64,000 nucleotides of DNA from Gammaproteobacteria bacterium UBA7803 (GCA_002480525.1 DLCH01000030.1:6850-70849); one strand, 5' to 3'; positions 1 through 9,494 are shown, counted from the first letter of the stretch. Program-made: numbers and translations. Notes: generated by a model from the sequence alone, not told the origin.

Positions 1-758
1 CCGCCGGCGAATCCCTGGAAGGTGGAGATCGCCCACTGGTTGTTGATCACGTTGAGGATCACCGGCGCCTGGTAGACCGCGGCGAAGGTCATGGCATGGT
101 GGAAGTCCGCTTCGGCGGTGGAGCCCTCGCCGATCCAGGCCGCCGCCACGTCGTCTTCGCCCTTGATGGCCGCGGCCATGGCCCAGCCGACCGCGTGGGG
201 ATACTGCACGGTGAGGTTGCCGGACACGGAGAAGATGTTGCCCCGGGCCCAGTGGTACATGATCGGCATCTGCCGGCCCTTGCACATGTCCCGGCTGTTG
301 GACAGGCACTGGCACATCAGGTCGACGGGATTGCGGCCCCGGGCGATCTGCAGGCCCTGGGTACGGTAGTGGGGAAACAGCATGTCCGACGGCGCCAGCG
401 CCTGGGCCGCGGCGACCGATATGGCTTCCTCGCCGAGGGACTGCATGTAGAAGGAAATCCGCCCCTGGCGCTGCATGCGCACCATGCGCTCGTCGAACAG
501 CCGGGTGAGCAGCATGTGCCGGAGCCCCACCTGCAGATCGTGCTCGTCGAGGTGCGGATTCCACGGGCCGTTGCCCTTGTGCTGCTCGTCGAGCACGCGA
601 ACCATGTCTTCCGACAGGTGCACCATGTCGCGCACCCGGGTATTGATCTCCGGCCTCTCCACCGCACCGGCTTCGGAGATCTGCACGTAGCTGAAATCCG
701 GATCCTCACCCGGCCGGGCGGGCGTGTGGGGCACGTGGAGGGTGGGTTTGCGGCTCAT
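1..758 (-). CDS. bkdA1: Branched-chain 2-oxoacid (2-oxoisovalerate) dehydrogenase E1 alpha subunit, N-terminal part only (gene runs off window start)
   Basis: Minus-strand ATG at 756-758 with a GGAGG-type SD just upstream. Translation reads MSRKPTLHVPHTPARPGEDPDFSYV...FYMQSLGEEAISVAAAQAL...WIGEGSTAEADFHHAMTFAAVYQAPVILNVINNQWAISTFQ, collinear with the Pseudomonas BkdA1 TPP-binding E1 alpha. Absent from the ORF track because it is open at the window edge. Confidence 0.85.
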   Translation of the reverse strand, partial: MSRKPTLHVPHTPARPGEDPDFSYVQISEAGAVERPEINTRVRDMVHLSEDMVRVLDEQHKGNGPWNPHLDEHDLQVGLRHMLLTRLFDERMVRMQRQGRISFYMQSLGEEAISVAAAQALAPSDMLFPHYRTQGLQIARGRNPVDLMCQCLSNSRDMCKGRQMPIMYHWARGNIFSVSGNLTVQYPHAVGWAMAAAIKGEDDVAAAWIGEGSTAEADFHHAMTFAAVYQAPVILNVINNQWAISTFQGFAG

Positions 759-883
759 CGATACCTCCGGAAACGAGAGTAGCGGCATTGTGCGCCAAAC
801 CGTCCGGGGCTGCATCGTGGCGATATTGAGACACGTTTCAAGGAAGGGCACACTCCCTGACGGTCAACGCACGAGGGGAGACG

Positions 884-2095
884 ATGGACACCGCACCCGA
901 GCTCGCCGGATTCTCGGCGGCGCGCCTGGCGAGAATCGACGAGCACCTGCTGCAGAATTTCGTCGAGCCGCAGAAGATTCCCGGCTGCCAGGTACTGGTG
1001 GCCCGGCGGGGGCACGTCGCCCACTTCAGCACCCTGGGCCTCATGGACATCGAGCGCGGCCGGCCCATGGCGGACGACACGATCTTCCGCATCTATTCGA
1101 TGACCAAGCCGATCACCTCCATCGCGCTGATGCAGCTCTACGAGCGGGGCCTGTTCCAGCTCAACGATCCCGTGCATCGGGTCGTGCCCGAATGGCGCGA
1201 CGCCCGGGTGTGGGTGTCCGGCGAGGGCGACGCGATGGAAACGCGGGCGCCGGACCGGCCGATCACCTTCCGCGACATGCTCTGCCACACCGCCGGGCTG
1301 TCCTACGGCGCCACCCGGCACCCGGTGGACAAGGTCTACCGGGACCTGCAGATCCGCCGCGGCGAAGGCGAAACGCTGTCGAGCTTCGTCGACAAGCTCA
1401 CCCAGGTGCCGCTGCACTACTCGCCCGGTGAGCGCTGGATGTACTCCTACGCCACGGACGTGTGCGGCCACCTGGTGGAAGCGCTGTCCGGCATGACCCT
1501 GGACCGCTACTTCCAGAGCCACGTCTTCGAACCGCTGGGCATGACGGACACGGCGTTTCACGTGGACGCCGGCCGGGTCGAACGATTCGCCGCCAACTAT
1601 CAGCGCCGGGCCGACAAGACGCTGGCGCTCATCGACGACCCGATGGCGAGCAGCTACGCGGCCCCGCCGGCGTTCCTCTCCGGCGGCGGAGGGCTGGTGG
1701 CCACCACCGCCGACTACCTGCGCTTCTGCGACATGCTGCGCTGCGGCGGCACCCTCGACGGCCAGCGCATCATCGGCTCGCGCACCCTGCGGATGATGAC
1801 CCGCAACCATCTGGCGGGCGGCCGGGACCTGACGGAGATGGCCATCGGCGCGTTCTCCGAGACCGCCTACGAGGGCACCGGCTTCGGACTCGGATTCGCC
1901 ACCACGCTGTCGGAGGTTGCCGCCGGGCAGCTCGGCGAAGGCGACTACTTCTGGGGCGGCGCCGCGTCGACCATCTTCTGGGTCGACCCGCGGGAGGATC
2001 TGGTGGTGATCTTCATGACCCAGCTCATGCCTTCCGCGACCTTCAACTTCCGCGGCCAGCTCAAGAACATCGTCTACGGCGCCATCGAGGACTGA
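884..2095 (+). CDS. Serine hydrolase, beta-lactamase (class C/esterase) family
   Basis: 403-aa ORF with the SxxK motif in RIYSMTKPITS, overall beta-lactamase/EstB-like pattern, and a GGGGAG SD before the ATG. Confidence 0.85.
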   Translation: MDTAPELAGFSAARLARIDEHLLQNFVEPQKIPGCQVLVARRGHVAHFSTLGLMDIERGRPMADDTIFRIYSMTKPITSIALMQLYERGLFQLNDPVHRVVPEWRDARVWVSGEGDAMETRAPDRPITFRDMLCHTAGLSYGATRHPVDKVYRDLQIRRGEGETLSSFVDKLTQVPLHYSPGERWMYSYATDVCGHLVEALSGMTLDRYFQSHVFEPLGMTDTAFHVDAGRVERFAANYQRRADKTLALIDDPMASSYAAPPAFLSGGGGLVATTADYLRFCDMLRCGGTLDGQRIIGSRTLRMMTRNHLAGGRDLTEMAIGAFSETAYEGTGFGLGFATTLSEVAAGQLGEGDYFWGGAASTIFWVDPREDLVVIFMTQLMPSATFNFRGQLKNIVYGAIED

Positions 2096-2103
2096 CCCCC
2101 GCC

Positions 2104-2991
2104 TCAACCCCGGGCGGGCAGGCCCGACAGCCAGGCGCGCAGCGCCCTGCCGATGTCGTCGGGCGAGTCCTCCTGAATGAAGTGGCTGCCCGCCACCGTC
2201 ACCTCGGTGAGGTTCGGCCAGGATCGGCAGAAGTCGCGCTGCGCGCCCGTGAGAATGGCGCCGGGCTCGGCGTTCACGAACAGCTTGGGCACGTCGCTGG
2301 CCGACAGCCATGCGGCGTAGTCCCGGGCGATCCGGACGACGTCGGCGGGCTCGCCGTCGAGGGGAATCTGGCGCGGCCAGGTCAGCGTCGGCCGGCGGTC
2401 CTCGCCGGGCCGGGCGAACGGACGCCGGTACACCGCCATCTCCGCCTCGGTCAGCCCGCGCAGCACGGACCCCGGCAGCACGCGCTCGACGAACACGTTG
2501 TCCTCCAGAACCATCTTCTCGCCCGCCTCCGAGCGGAACCCGCGGAACACGCCGGTGGCGGCATCGGGCCATTCCTCCCAGGTCAGCGGCCGGACGATGG
2601 CTTCCATGAAGGCGATGCCGCGCACGGCCTCGCGATGCCGGTTGGCCCAGTCGAAGCCCAGCGCGGAACCCCAGTCGTGAATGACCAGGGTGACGTCGTC
2701 CGCCACGCCGAGCGCTTCGAGGGCGGCGTCGAAGTACCGCCGGTGCTCGACGAACGTGTAGCGGTCCGGCCCGGAGTCGTCGAGCTTGTCGGAATCACCC
2801 ATGCCGATGAGATCGATGGCGATGCACCGGCCCAGGTCCGCGACGTGGGGGATCACGTTGCGCCACAGATAGGAACTGGTGGGGTTGCCGTGCTGGAACA
2901 CGATCGGCGGACCCTCGCCCATGTCGACCGCGGCCATGCGCCTGCCCAGCACCTCGATGAATCGCTTCGGCTGCTCTTCGACCGGAATCAT
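2104..2991 (-). CDS. Haloalkane dehalogenase (alpha/beta hydrolase, HLD-II like)
   Basis: [46 protein letters not shown]...[14 protein letters not shown] is the hallmark [11 protein letters not shown] and HDWGS nucleophile elbow. Start set at internal Met44 of the 338-aa track ORF (295 aa), because the upstream extension is low-complexity. Confidence 0.85.
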   Translation of the reverse strand: MIPVEEQPKRFIEVLGRRMAAVDMGEGPPIVFQHGNPTSSYLWRNVIPHVADLGRCIAIDLIGMGDSDKLDDSGPDRYTFVEHRRYFDAALEALGVADDVTLVIHDWGSALGFDWANRHREAVRGIAFMEAIVRPLTWEEWPDAATGVFRGFRSEAGEKMVLEDNVFVERVLPGSVLRGLTEAEMAVYRRPFARPGEDRRPTLTWPRQIPLDGEPADVVRIARDYAAWLSASDVPKLFVNAEPGAILTGAQRDFCRSWPNLTEVTVAGSHFIQEDSPDDIGRALRAWLSGLPARG

Positions 2992-3230
2992 GGCAATGCT
3001 CCCCGGGGAAAGTTCGAACACTACCAGACGCGGCGAAGTGCCGCCGCCGTCCGGCCATGGCCCGCCGGCGCCTCCCGGTCCAGATCGCATCAGACAGGCG
3101 ACTGAACGCTTCCTGAACACTCTGAGAAAAGTGTCCGTGTACTTTGCCGGGACCGTTGATAGGATGCCCGCGCCGTCACCGACGATCGGTCGCCGGGGCC
3201 GGCAACATCACTTCTGCCGAGGAGAGAGTC

Positions 3231-3764
3231 ATGAAGAAGTACCTGATATCCGGAATCACCGCCGCGGCCGCCCTGGCGTTCAGCCCGACGCTGCTCGCCG
3301 CGCAGCCGGGCGCCTATCTGGGTGCCGGCGTCGGGGTCTACACCCTCGACATCGACGACATCGACTACGATGACAGCGCGGCTCTGCTGCGCGGATTCGG
3401 CGGCTTCCGCCTGAACGACAACTGGGCCATCGAAGCCGACTACCAGCGCTTCTCGGAAGCCGAGGACGACTTCCTCGGCGTCGACGCGGAGCTGGACTTC
3501 GAGGGCTACGGCATCTCGGTGCGGCCGATCATTCCGCTGGGCAATCTGATCGATCTGTACGGCAAGATCGGCTGGACGTGGTACGACGCCGAGGCGAGCG
3601 CCGGCGGCTTCGCCATCGACGACAGCGGTGACGACTTCACCTGGGGCGGCGGCGTCGACTTCCACCTGGGCGACCTGCTGACCCTGCGGGGCGAAGTGTC
3701 CCGCATCGAGGTGGAGGACACCGACCTGAACCTGGTGAGCGCGGCCGTGCTGCTGAGGTTCTGA
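3231..3764 (+). CDS. Small outer-membrane beta-barrel protein (OmpA-like/OMP_b-brl family)
   Basis: GAGGAGAG SD followed by ATG. Signal peptide MKKYLISGITAAAALAFSPTLLAAQP, alternating beta-strand pattern, and a C-terminal ...AAVLLRF ending in Phe. Confidence 0.75.
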   Translation: MKKYLISGITAAAALAFSPTLLAAQPGAYLGAGVGVYTLDIDDIDYDDSAALLRGFGGFRLNDNWAIEADYQRFSEAEDDFLGVDAELDFEGYGISVRPIIPLGNLIDLYGKIGWTWYDAEASAGGFAIDDSGDDFTWGGGVDFHLGDLLTLRGEVSRIEVEDTDLNLVSAAVLLRF

Positions 3765-3791
3765 ACCGGGCGTCCAGCCCTGGGGAGCGGT

Positions 3792-3903
3792 CTCGCGGCC
3801 GGGAGGCCGCTCCTACACCCTCGCGGCCGGGAGGCCGCTCCTACACCCTCGCGGCTGGGAGGCCGCTCCTACGCCCTCGCGGCCGGGAGGCCGCTCCTAC
3901 ACC
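3792..3903. repeat. Four head-to-tail copies of a 28-bp REP-like unit (CTCGCGGCCGGGAGGCCGCTCCTACACC)
   Basis: Copies at 3792-3819, 3820-3847, 3848-3875 and 3876-3903; the third has 2 substitutions. Each unit contains the hairpin GCGGCC-GGGA-GGCCGC. The array lies between convergent gene ends (stops at 3764 and 3908). No spacers, so not CRISPR. Confidence 0.9.
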
Positions 3904-3907
3904 CGAG

Positions 3908-4945
3908 TCATTCGAGTCGTTCGATGCGGTCCCGGTACTCGAGGAACAGCGCGTAGTTGTGCTCGATGGCCGGTGAGCCGTCCTGCTGAATGCGCGCCGT
4001 CTCGAGCTGATTCCGCACCCACTGGTGCTCCGCCCAGTTGCCCCCGCCGGTCTTGACGACCTCCATCTCCGCCGTGGCCAGGCGGGTGGCGTCCTTCATG
4101 CCCGAGAAGATGTCGCCGATGGACGCCGCGTCCTCGTCCAGGCCCTCGAGCTGCCGGCCGAGGCGCTCTCTCAGTTCGGCGGTCCGCTCCAGGGTACGGA
4201 CGTACGCCCGCACCTGGGCCTCCGTCAGCCGGCCGTCCGACGGCGGCTGGTAGGTGTCCTGGGATGCCTGCTCCGCCACGCTGGCCTGGCGCTCGAAGTC
4301 GCCGAACAGGCCGCCGCTCGATGCCGGCACCGTCGATTCGCCCAGGTAGTCCTCCAGGTCCGGGCCGAACATGGCACCCAGCAGGCCGGCCACCACCATG
4401 TTGACGACGATGGCGGCGATCAGGGACACGACGAAGTGCACCACCCGCTTCGCCTCGGGGACCGTCATGAACACCGGAACGAAGTGATAGAGCAGCACCA
4501 GCGAATAGATGCCGGCGGCCAGGCCGATCAGCCAGCCGATCCACGGCACCGGGCTCAACACGCCGCCGGCCACGGCCGGCACCATGGCGAGTGACAGGGC
4601 AGCGAACGCACCGTCGAAATCCCGCCGACCCTCGAACACGCCGGCGAGCACGTCGAAGATCAGCGCCGCCACGAACACGTACGCCAGCGACCACGCCAGC
4701 GAGACCAGGAACCACAGCGGCGAGCTGGCCATCGCGCCGAACATGAAGGTCGTGCCGAAGATCAGGGACAGCAGGAATCCCGCCGCCGCGGCGGCGACGT
4801 AGATCGGCAGGGTCAGCACCATGAAGGTGTGCTGCCAGCCCGGCTCGCTCGCCCGGAACGCGGCGGCGGTGGCGTGTGGGTCGACGATGGCGCCCGTCAC
4901 CCAGCGCCGCGTTTCGTCCAGATTGAAACCCGTATCACGATTCAT
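3908..4945 (-). CDS. Yip1-family integral membrane protein with C-terminal soluble coiled region
   Basis: Start at MNRDTGFNLDETRRWVTGAIVDP (GGAGGG SD). Five predicted TM helices follow in a Yip1/DUF1282-like layout, then a charged C-terminal domain. The upstream 45 codons of the track ORF were discarded. Confidence 0.7.
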   Translation of the reverse strand: MNRDTGFNLDETRRWVTGAIVDPHATAAAFRASEPGWQHTFMVLTLPIYVAAAAAGFLLSLIFGTTFMFGAMASSPLWFLVSLAWSLAYVFVAALIFDVLAGVFEGRRDFDGAFAALSLAMVPAVAGGVLSPVPWIGWLIGLAAGIYSLVLLYHFVPVFMTVPEAKRVVHFVVSLIAAIVVNMVVAGLLGAMFGPDLEDYLGESTVPASSGGLFGDFERQASVAEQASQDTYQPPSDGRLTEAQVRAYVRTLERTAELRERLGRQLEGLDEDAASIGDIFSGMKDATRLATAEMEVVKTGGGNWAEHQWVRNQLETARIQQDGSPAIEHNYALFLEYRDRIERLE

Positions 4946-5051
4946 GGCGTCCCCCTCCGTCGCTCCCCGAGCGGCGATCATGGCTCCTGATCTGCGCAGG
5001 CTCCATAATGCCGCCGACGAGTCTAACGCAGATGCGCGCGAAGGAGGCCCC

Positions 5052-6323
5052 ATGAAGGACAAGCATCGCACCACCCGCATCGGCAGCCACGAGCTCTCTC
5101 CGCGCTCGCTGATGATGGGCTACGGCTACGACCCCCGACTGTCCGAGGGCTCGCTCAAGCCCCCGATCTTTCTCACGTCCACCTTCGTGTTCGACTCCGC
5201 GGCCGACGGCAAGCGGTTCTTCGAAGGCATCACGGGGCTGCGTCCGGGCGGCGCGGAAGGGCTGGTCTACGGGCGTTTCAACGGCCCGGACCAGGAGATC
5301 CTCGAGGACCGCCTGGCGCTTTGGGAAGGCGCCGAGGAAGCGGCCGTGTTCTCCACCGGCATGTCGGCGATCACCACCGCGCTGATGGCCCACGTCCGCG
5401 CCGGCGACGCCATCGTGCACTCCGGGCCGCTGTACGCGGCCACGGAAAAGCTCATCGACGCGGTGTTCGGCCGCTACGACGTCACCTACGAGAACTTCGC
5501 CGCCAGCGCCCCCCTCGACGAGGTGCGCGCGCTGCTCGAGCGGACCCGGGAGGATCGCCGCATCGGCGCCATCTACCTGGAGAGCCCGGCCAACCCGACC
5601 AACGAGCTGGTCGACATCGAGGGCATCGCCCGCATCCGTGACGATCTGTACGGCGACGACCCGGAACGACCGCTCATCATGGTGGACAACACCTTCCTCG
5701 GTCCCGTCTATCAGCAGCCGACCCGCAACGGCGCCGACCTGTCGATCTACTCGCTCACCAAGTACATCGGCGGCCACAGCGATCTGGTGGCGGGCGGCGT
5801 GGTCGGCTCCAACGATGCGCTGCTGCCGATCATGACGCTGCGCAACACCATCGGCACCATCACCGATCCGCACACCTCGTGGATGCTGCTGCGCTCACTG
5901 GAGACCGTCGCCCTGCGCATGGAGAAGGCGGAGAGCAACGCCCGCAAGGTGTGCGAGTTCCTGCGGGGGCATCCGAAGGTCGAGCGGGTGGGCTACCTCG
6001 GCTTTCTGGATCCGGACAGCGAGCAGGGGCGCATCTACGCGCGTCACTGCTCCGGCGCCGGCTCGACGTTCTCGCTGATCCTGAAGGGCGGCGAGGCCGA
6101 GAGCTTCCGGTTCCTCGACGCGCTGCAGCTCGTCAAGCTGGCGGTGAGCCTGGGGGGCACCGAGAGCCTGGCGTCCCACCCGGCGGCGATGACCCACCTC
6201 AGCGTGCCGGCCGAGCGCAAGCGCTGGCTCGGCATCGGCGACAACCTGGTGCGGATCTCCATCGGCATCGAGGACTCCGACGACCTGATCGCCGATTTCG
6301 AGCAGGCGCTGCAGGCCGTCTGA
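5052..6323 (+). CDS. Cys/Met-metabolism PLP-dependent enzyme (methionine gamma-lyase / cystathionine gamma-synthase family)
   Basis: AAGGAGG SD then ATG. PLP-lysine motif YSLTKYIGGHSD, plus ESPANPT and SLGGTESL motifs typical of the family. Confidence 0.85.
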   Translation: MKDKHRTTRIGSHELSPRSLMMGYGYDPRLSEGSLKPPIFLTSTFVFDSAADGKRFFEGITGLRPGGAEGLVYGRFNGPDQEILEDRLALWEGAEEAAVFSTGMSAITTALMAHVRAGDAIVHSGPLYAATEKLIDAVFGRYDVTYENFAASAPLDEVRALLERTREDRRIGAIYLESPANPTNELVDIEGIARIRDDLYGDDPERPLIMVDNTFLGPVYQQPTRNGADLSIYSLTKYIGGHSDLVAGGVVGSNDALLPIMTLRNTIGTITDPHTSWMLLRSLETVALRMEKAESNARKVCEFLRGHPKVERVGYLGFLDPDSEQGRIYARHCSGAGSTFSLILKGGEAESFRFLDALQLVKLAVSLGGTESLASHPAAMTHLSVPAERKRWLGIGDNLVRISIGIEDSDDLIADFEQALQAV

Positions 6324-6344
6324 CGCCGCCGGCGCGCGGCGGCG
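6324..6344. terminator. GC-rich hairpin between convergent genes (possible bidirectional terminator)
   Basis: CGCCGCCG-GCGCG-CGGCGGCG has an 8-bp stem and sits exactly between the TGA at 6321-6323 and the minus-strand stop at 6346-6348. No U-tract. Confidence 0.4.
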
Positions 6345-6345
6345 G

Positions 6346-6753
6346 TCAGCGGAGCACCGGCTCCAGGCGGACCGCCAGCGTGCTGTCGTCGCAGGGCGCG
6401 ATGAACCGCACCCAGCGGTCGGCGATGCCGTACTTGTCGCGCAGCGCCTGGTCCACCCGGGGATGGGCGCCGGGCTGGGCCACCGCGGCATAGCGGTGCC
6501 ACTGATCGCCGCGTTTCATCTCCACCTCCGGCCGCCCCGCCATGCGCGCCGCCCAGATCGGGCCGGCGCTGTGTACCCAGGGCGCGCCGTCGACGTCCAC
6601 CACCCACAGCCGGGTCTCGGCCACGGCGCCGTCCGCGGACTGGGTGCGCAGCACCACGACCTCGCGGCCGATCTCGATCAGGCTGAAATGGGTGCCGACC
6701 AGGGCCGCCAGCGCGGCGAACAGAATCAGCAGCACGATACCGAGTGTCTTCAT
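6346..6753 (-). CDS. Hypothetical membrane-anchored protein (weak resemblance to DUF385/nitroreductase-like split barrel proteins)
   Basis: 135-aa ORF with an N-terminal TM helix (MKTLGIVLLILFAALAALVG), a non-repetitive sequence and typical codon bias. Confidence 0.5.
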   Translation of the reverse strand: MKTLGIVLLILFAALAALVGTHFSLIEIGREVVVLRTQSADGAVAETRLWVVDVDGAPWVHSAGPIWAARMAGRPEVEMKRGDQWHRYAAVAQPGAHPRVDQALRDKYGIADRWVRFIAPCDDSTLAVRLEPVLR

Positions 6754-6837
6754 TCAGGGGTTTCCGTGGCGTTTTGCAGTCATACGCCCGGACCGGCGCG
6801 GCTATTACACGCCCGTGGCCAAGGGCCCGTGACCCGC

Positions 6838-7611
6838 TCATCCGGGCGGGTCGCCCAGCCACAGGTTCACGAAGCCGCGATCGGCGACCGTCAGGGTCCT
6901 GAGCAGCAGCGTCCGCAGGCCCTCCCCGGTGAGCGGCCGCAGCACGTGGGCCTGGTGGTCGATCAGCCAGGCCGGACGGTCGAGCGCTTCCAGAATGGCC
7001 AGCAGCTCCGCGGCGGAGCTGCCGGCCCGCGCCAGCCCCCAGGGCCAGGCCTCGACGATGATGCTCGCCGCCGGGTTGGCCCCCAGGGTGGCGCGGAAGC
7101 CGGCGAGCACCTGCACTTCGGCGCCCTGGGTATCGATCTTCAGCAGGTCCAGCCGCGCGAGGTGGAGGTCGTCTCCCCGCGCCACCGGCACCACGAGGGA
7201 TCCGTCGGGCTCGAGGTGGGCGTCGCCCATATTGCTCCGGTCGCCGGCGAGCCGGGCCGTGCCGGCCCGTTCGCCCAGCGCCTCGGCGTGGACGATCACC
7301 CGATCGCCCAGGTCGGCGGTGTTGCGCTCGAGCAGCCGGTGATTCTCCGGGTCGGGCTCGAAGGCGTGCACGCGTCCCGCACGGCCGACCAGTCGGGCGG
7401 CGAGACAGGTGTAGTAACCCAGGTTGGCGCCGGCGTCGACGACGCACATGCCCGGCTTCAGGAATCCGGTGACGAGCGTGGTCTCGTACGGTTCCCAGAT
7501 GCCGTGGGCGGCGAGATGGTCGGAGACGAGCTCGCCGGGGGGATGGAGGGAGAGGGAGAACGGCGCCACGCCGGGGACGGTGATCCGGGCGTGGCGGCGT
7601 TGGGAAGGCAT
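6838..7611 (-). CDS. FkbM-family SAM-dependent methyltransferase
   Basis: VVDAGANLGYYT glycine-rich SAM motif and DLLKIDTQGAE motif, both characteristic of FkbM methyltransferases. Confidence 0.8.
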   Translation of the reverse strand: MPSQRRHARITVPGVAPFSLSLHPPGELVSDHLAAHGIWEPYETTLVTGFLKPGMCVVDAGANLGYYTCLAARLVGRAGRVHAFEPDPENHRLLERNTADLGDRVIVHAEALGERAGTARLAGDRSNMGDAHLEPDGSLVVPVARGDDLHLARLDLLKIDTQGAEVQVLAGFRATLGANPAASIIVEAWPWGLARAGSSAAELLAILEALDRPAWLIDHQAHVLRPLTGEGLRTLLLRTLTVADRGFVNLWLGDPPG

Positions 7612-7655
7612 GAATCGTTCGGCAAACCGAGCACGATCAGCACCAGGCGGGGCTG

Positions 7656-7681
7656 ATCGCGCTCTGGAGAGCGCTCCTACA
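7656..7681 (-). repeat. REP-like hairpin element (TGTAGGAGCGCTCTCCAGAGCGCGAT on minus strand)
   Basis: Intergenic, single copy. Same conserved flanks as the other REP copies, with a different stem allele. Confidence 0.8.
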
Positions 7682-7717
7682 GAGGTCCGTGGTGGACGTG
7701 CAGGAAGGCTCGCTACA

Positions 7718-9316
7718 TCAGAACTGGTTCATGGTGTTGGCAGCGCCGCCGGCCAGCAGAGCCTTCTCGCCGAGGAAGTACTCCTTGTGGTCGTCGCCGA
7801 TGTTGGAGCCGGCCAGATCCTGGTGCTTCACGGCGGCCAGATCCCGGCGGATCTCCTGGCGCTGCACGCCCAGCACGTAGGCCAGCATGCCCTCGGCGCC
7901 GAAGTAGCCTTCGGCCAGCACGTCCGTGGACAGCGCCGCGGTGTGGTAGGTCGGCAGCGTGATCAGGTGATGGAAGATACCGGCTTCCCGGGCGGCGTCC
8001 GCCTGGAAGGACCTGATCTGCCGGTCGGCTTCCTGGGCCAGCTCGGAGTCGTCCAGGGACTCGTCCATCAGGCCCTTGGGGAAGTTCTCCGGATCCGGGT
8101 AGGCGGACACGTCGCGGCCCTCGCCTTTCCAGTCCTGGTAGACCTGCTCGCGGAACTTGAGCGTCCAGTTGAAGGACGGCGAGTTGTTGTAGACCAGCTT
8201 CGCCTCCGGGCGCTTCTCGCGGATGGCGTTCACCATCTCGGCGATCTGCTGCACGTTGGGCCGCTCGGTCTCGATCCACAGCAGGTCGGCGCCGTGCTCC
8301 AGGCTGGTCACGCAGTCCAGCACCACGCGGTCGAAACCGGTGCCTTCCTTGAACGCGTACAGGCCGTTGTCGAGGCGCTTCGGCCGGCAGAGCTGGCCGT
8401 TCTGGTGAATGGTGATGTCGCCTTCCCGCAGCTCGGAGATGTCGTTGACCGGCTCCGCCTCCAGGAAGTTGCAGTACTGCTCGCCGAGATCGCCCGGCTC
8501 GATGGAGACCGGCACCTTCTGGGTCAGGCCGGCGCCCAGGGAGTCGGTGCGGGCGACGATGATGCCGTTGTCGACGCCGAGCTCCATGAACGCGTAACGC
8601 ACCGCGTTGAGCTTGGAGATGAAGTCCTCGTGGGGCACCGTCACCTTGCCGGCCTGGTGGCCGCACTGCTTGGCGTCGGACACCTGGTTCTCGATCTGAA
8701 TGGCGCAGGCGCCGGCCTCGATCATCTTCTTGGCCAGCAGGTAGGTGGCCTCTTCGTTGCCGAAGCCGGCGTCGATGTCGGCGATGATCGGCACCACGTG
8801 GGTCTCGAAGTTGTCGATCCGGTCGAGGATGGGCTTCAGGTCCTTGCCGGCGGCGCGGGCTTCGTCGAGCTCGACGAAGATGTGGCGCAGCTCACGGGCG
8901 TCCGCCTGCTTGCAGAAGGTGTAGATCTCCTCGATCAGGTCGGCGACCGTGGTCTTCTCGTGCATGGACTGGTCCGGCAGCGGGCCGAACTTGGAGCGCA
9001 GCGCGGCCACCATCCAGCCGGACAGGTAAATGTAGCGGCGGTCCAGGGAGCCGTGGCGCTTCTTCACGCTCATCATGGTCTGCTGGGCGATGAAGCCGTG
9101 CCAGGCGCCCAGGGACTGGGTGTACTTGGAGGAATCGGCGTCGTACGCCGCCATGTCCCGGCGCATGATGTCGGCGGTGTACTTGGCGATGTCGAGACCG
9201 GTCTTGAAGCGGTTCTGCATCTGCATCCGGACGACGTATTCCGGATTGATCGCCTTCCACTCCTCCTTCTGGAGCTTGGCTTTGACTTCCTCGATCTGCT
9301 TGAGATAGGTGGACAT
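7718..9316 (-). CDS. aceA: Isocitrate lyase (long, about 530-aa Pseudomonas-type)
   Basis: 532 aa with the catalytic KQCGH motif (SDAKQCGHQAGKV), IIADIDAGFGN and NNSPSFNW. Collinear with long-form ICL. Confidence 0.95.
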   Translation of the reverse strand: MSTYLKQIEEVKAKLQKEEWKAINPEYVVRMQMQNRFKTGLDIAKYTADIMRRDMAAYDADSSKYTQSLGAWHGFIAQQTMMSVKKRHGSLDRRYIYLSGWMVAALRSKFGPLPDQSMHEKTTVADLIEEIYTFCKQADARELRHIFVELDEARAAGKDLKPILDRIDNFETHVVPIIADIDAGFGNEEATYLLAKKMIEAGACAIQIENQVSDAKQCGHQAGKVTVPHEDFISKLNAVRYAFMELGVDNGIIVARTDSLGAGLTQKVPVSIEPGDLGEQYCNFLEAEPVNDISELREGDITIHQNGQLCRPKRLDNGLYAFKEGTGFDRVVLDCVTSLEHGADLLWIETERPNVQQIAEMVNAIREKRPEAKLVYNNSPSFNWTLKFREQVYQDWKGEGRDVSAYPDPENFPKGLMDESLDDSELAQEADRQIRSFQADAAREAGIFHHLITLPTYHTAALSTDVLAEGYFGAEGMLAYVLGVQRQEIRRDLAAVKHQDLAGSNIGDDHKEYFLGEKALLAGGAANTMNQF

Positions 9317-9404
9317 AGAGCCGTTCCTGTACGTTGCTTGGGGTCAGGGCGACCGCGTCGCCCGTCGGGTGAACGGGCGGCAAGTTAACAGCGATGCGAC
9401 CGCA

Positions 9405-9455
9405 ATAAAATGGAATATCTGATAATCAACATATTCCGAATAGGAAATATCCAGG
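9405..9455. promoter_or_regulatory. AT-rich divergent promoter/operator region between aceA and the NMO gene
   Basis: AT island in very GC-rich DNA. Inverted repeat GGAATAT (9412-9418) / ATATTCC (9431-9437), plus a related GAAATATCC at 9444-9452. Confidence 0.4.
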
Positions 9456-9494
9456 TTCGCTAGACTCGTCGCCCCGCAGAGCCTGGCAAAGCCC

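Noticed and set aside
755-2572. 605-aa minus-strand ORF overlapping the beta-lactamase-family gene and the dehalogenase gene
   Set aside because: The translation is Arg/Ala/Gly/Pro-rich low complexity with no family resemblance. It lies antisense to two well-supported genes, which is a typical high-GC shadow ORF. The same reasoning applies to 6044-7447(-), 7424-9388(+), 9426-10745(-), 19855-21462(-), 20271-22091(+), 24017-25711(-), 26366-28207(+), 39610-42522(-), 43563-45032(+), 57259-59298(+) and similar track entries.
3792-3903. Possible CRISPR array (28-bp direct repeats)
   Set aside because: The repeats abut one another with no spacers, there are no cas genes in the window, and the unit is the same REP-like element found singly and in inverted pairs elsewhere.
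4946-5051. Possible SAM-type riboswitch in the leader of the Cys/Met PLP enzyme gene
   Set aside because: A 7-bp stem (ATCTGCG/CGCAGAT) is present, but none of the conserved SAM-I, SAM-II or SAM-SAH core sequences I remember can be recognised. The region also serves as a divergent promoter.
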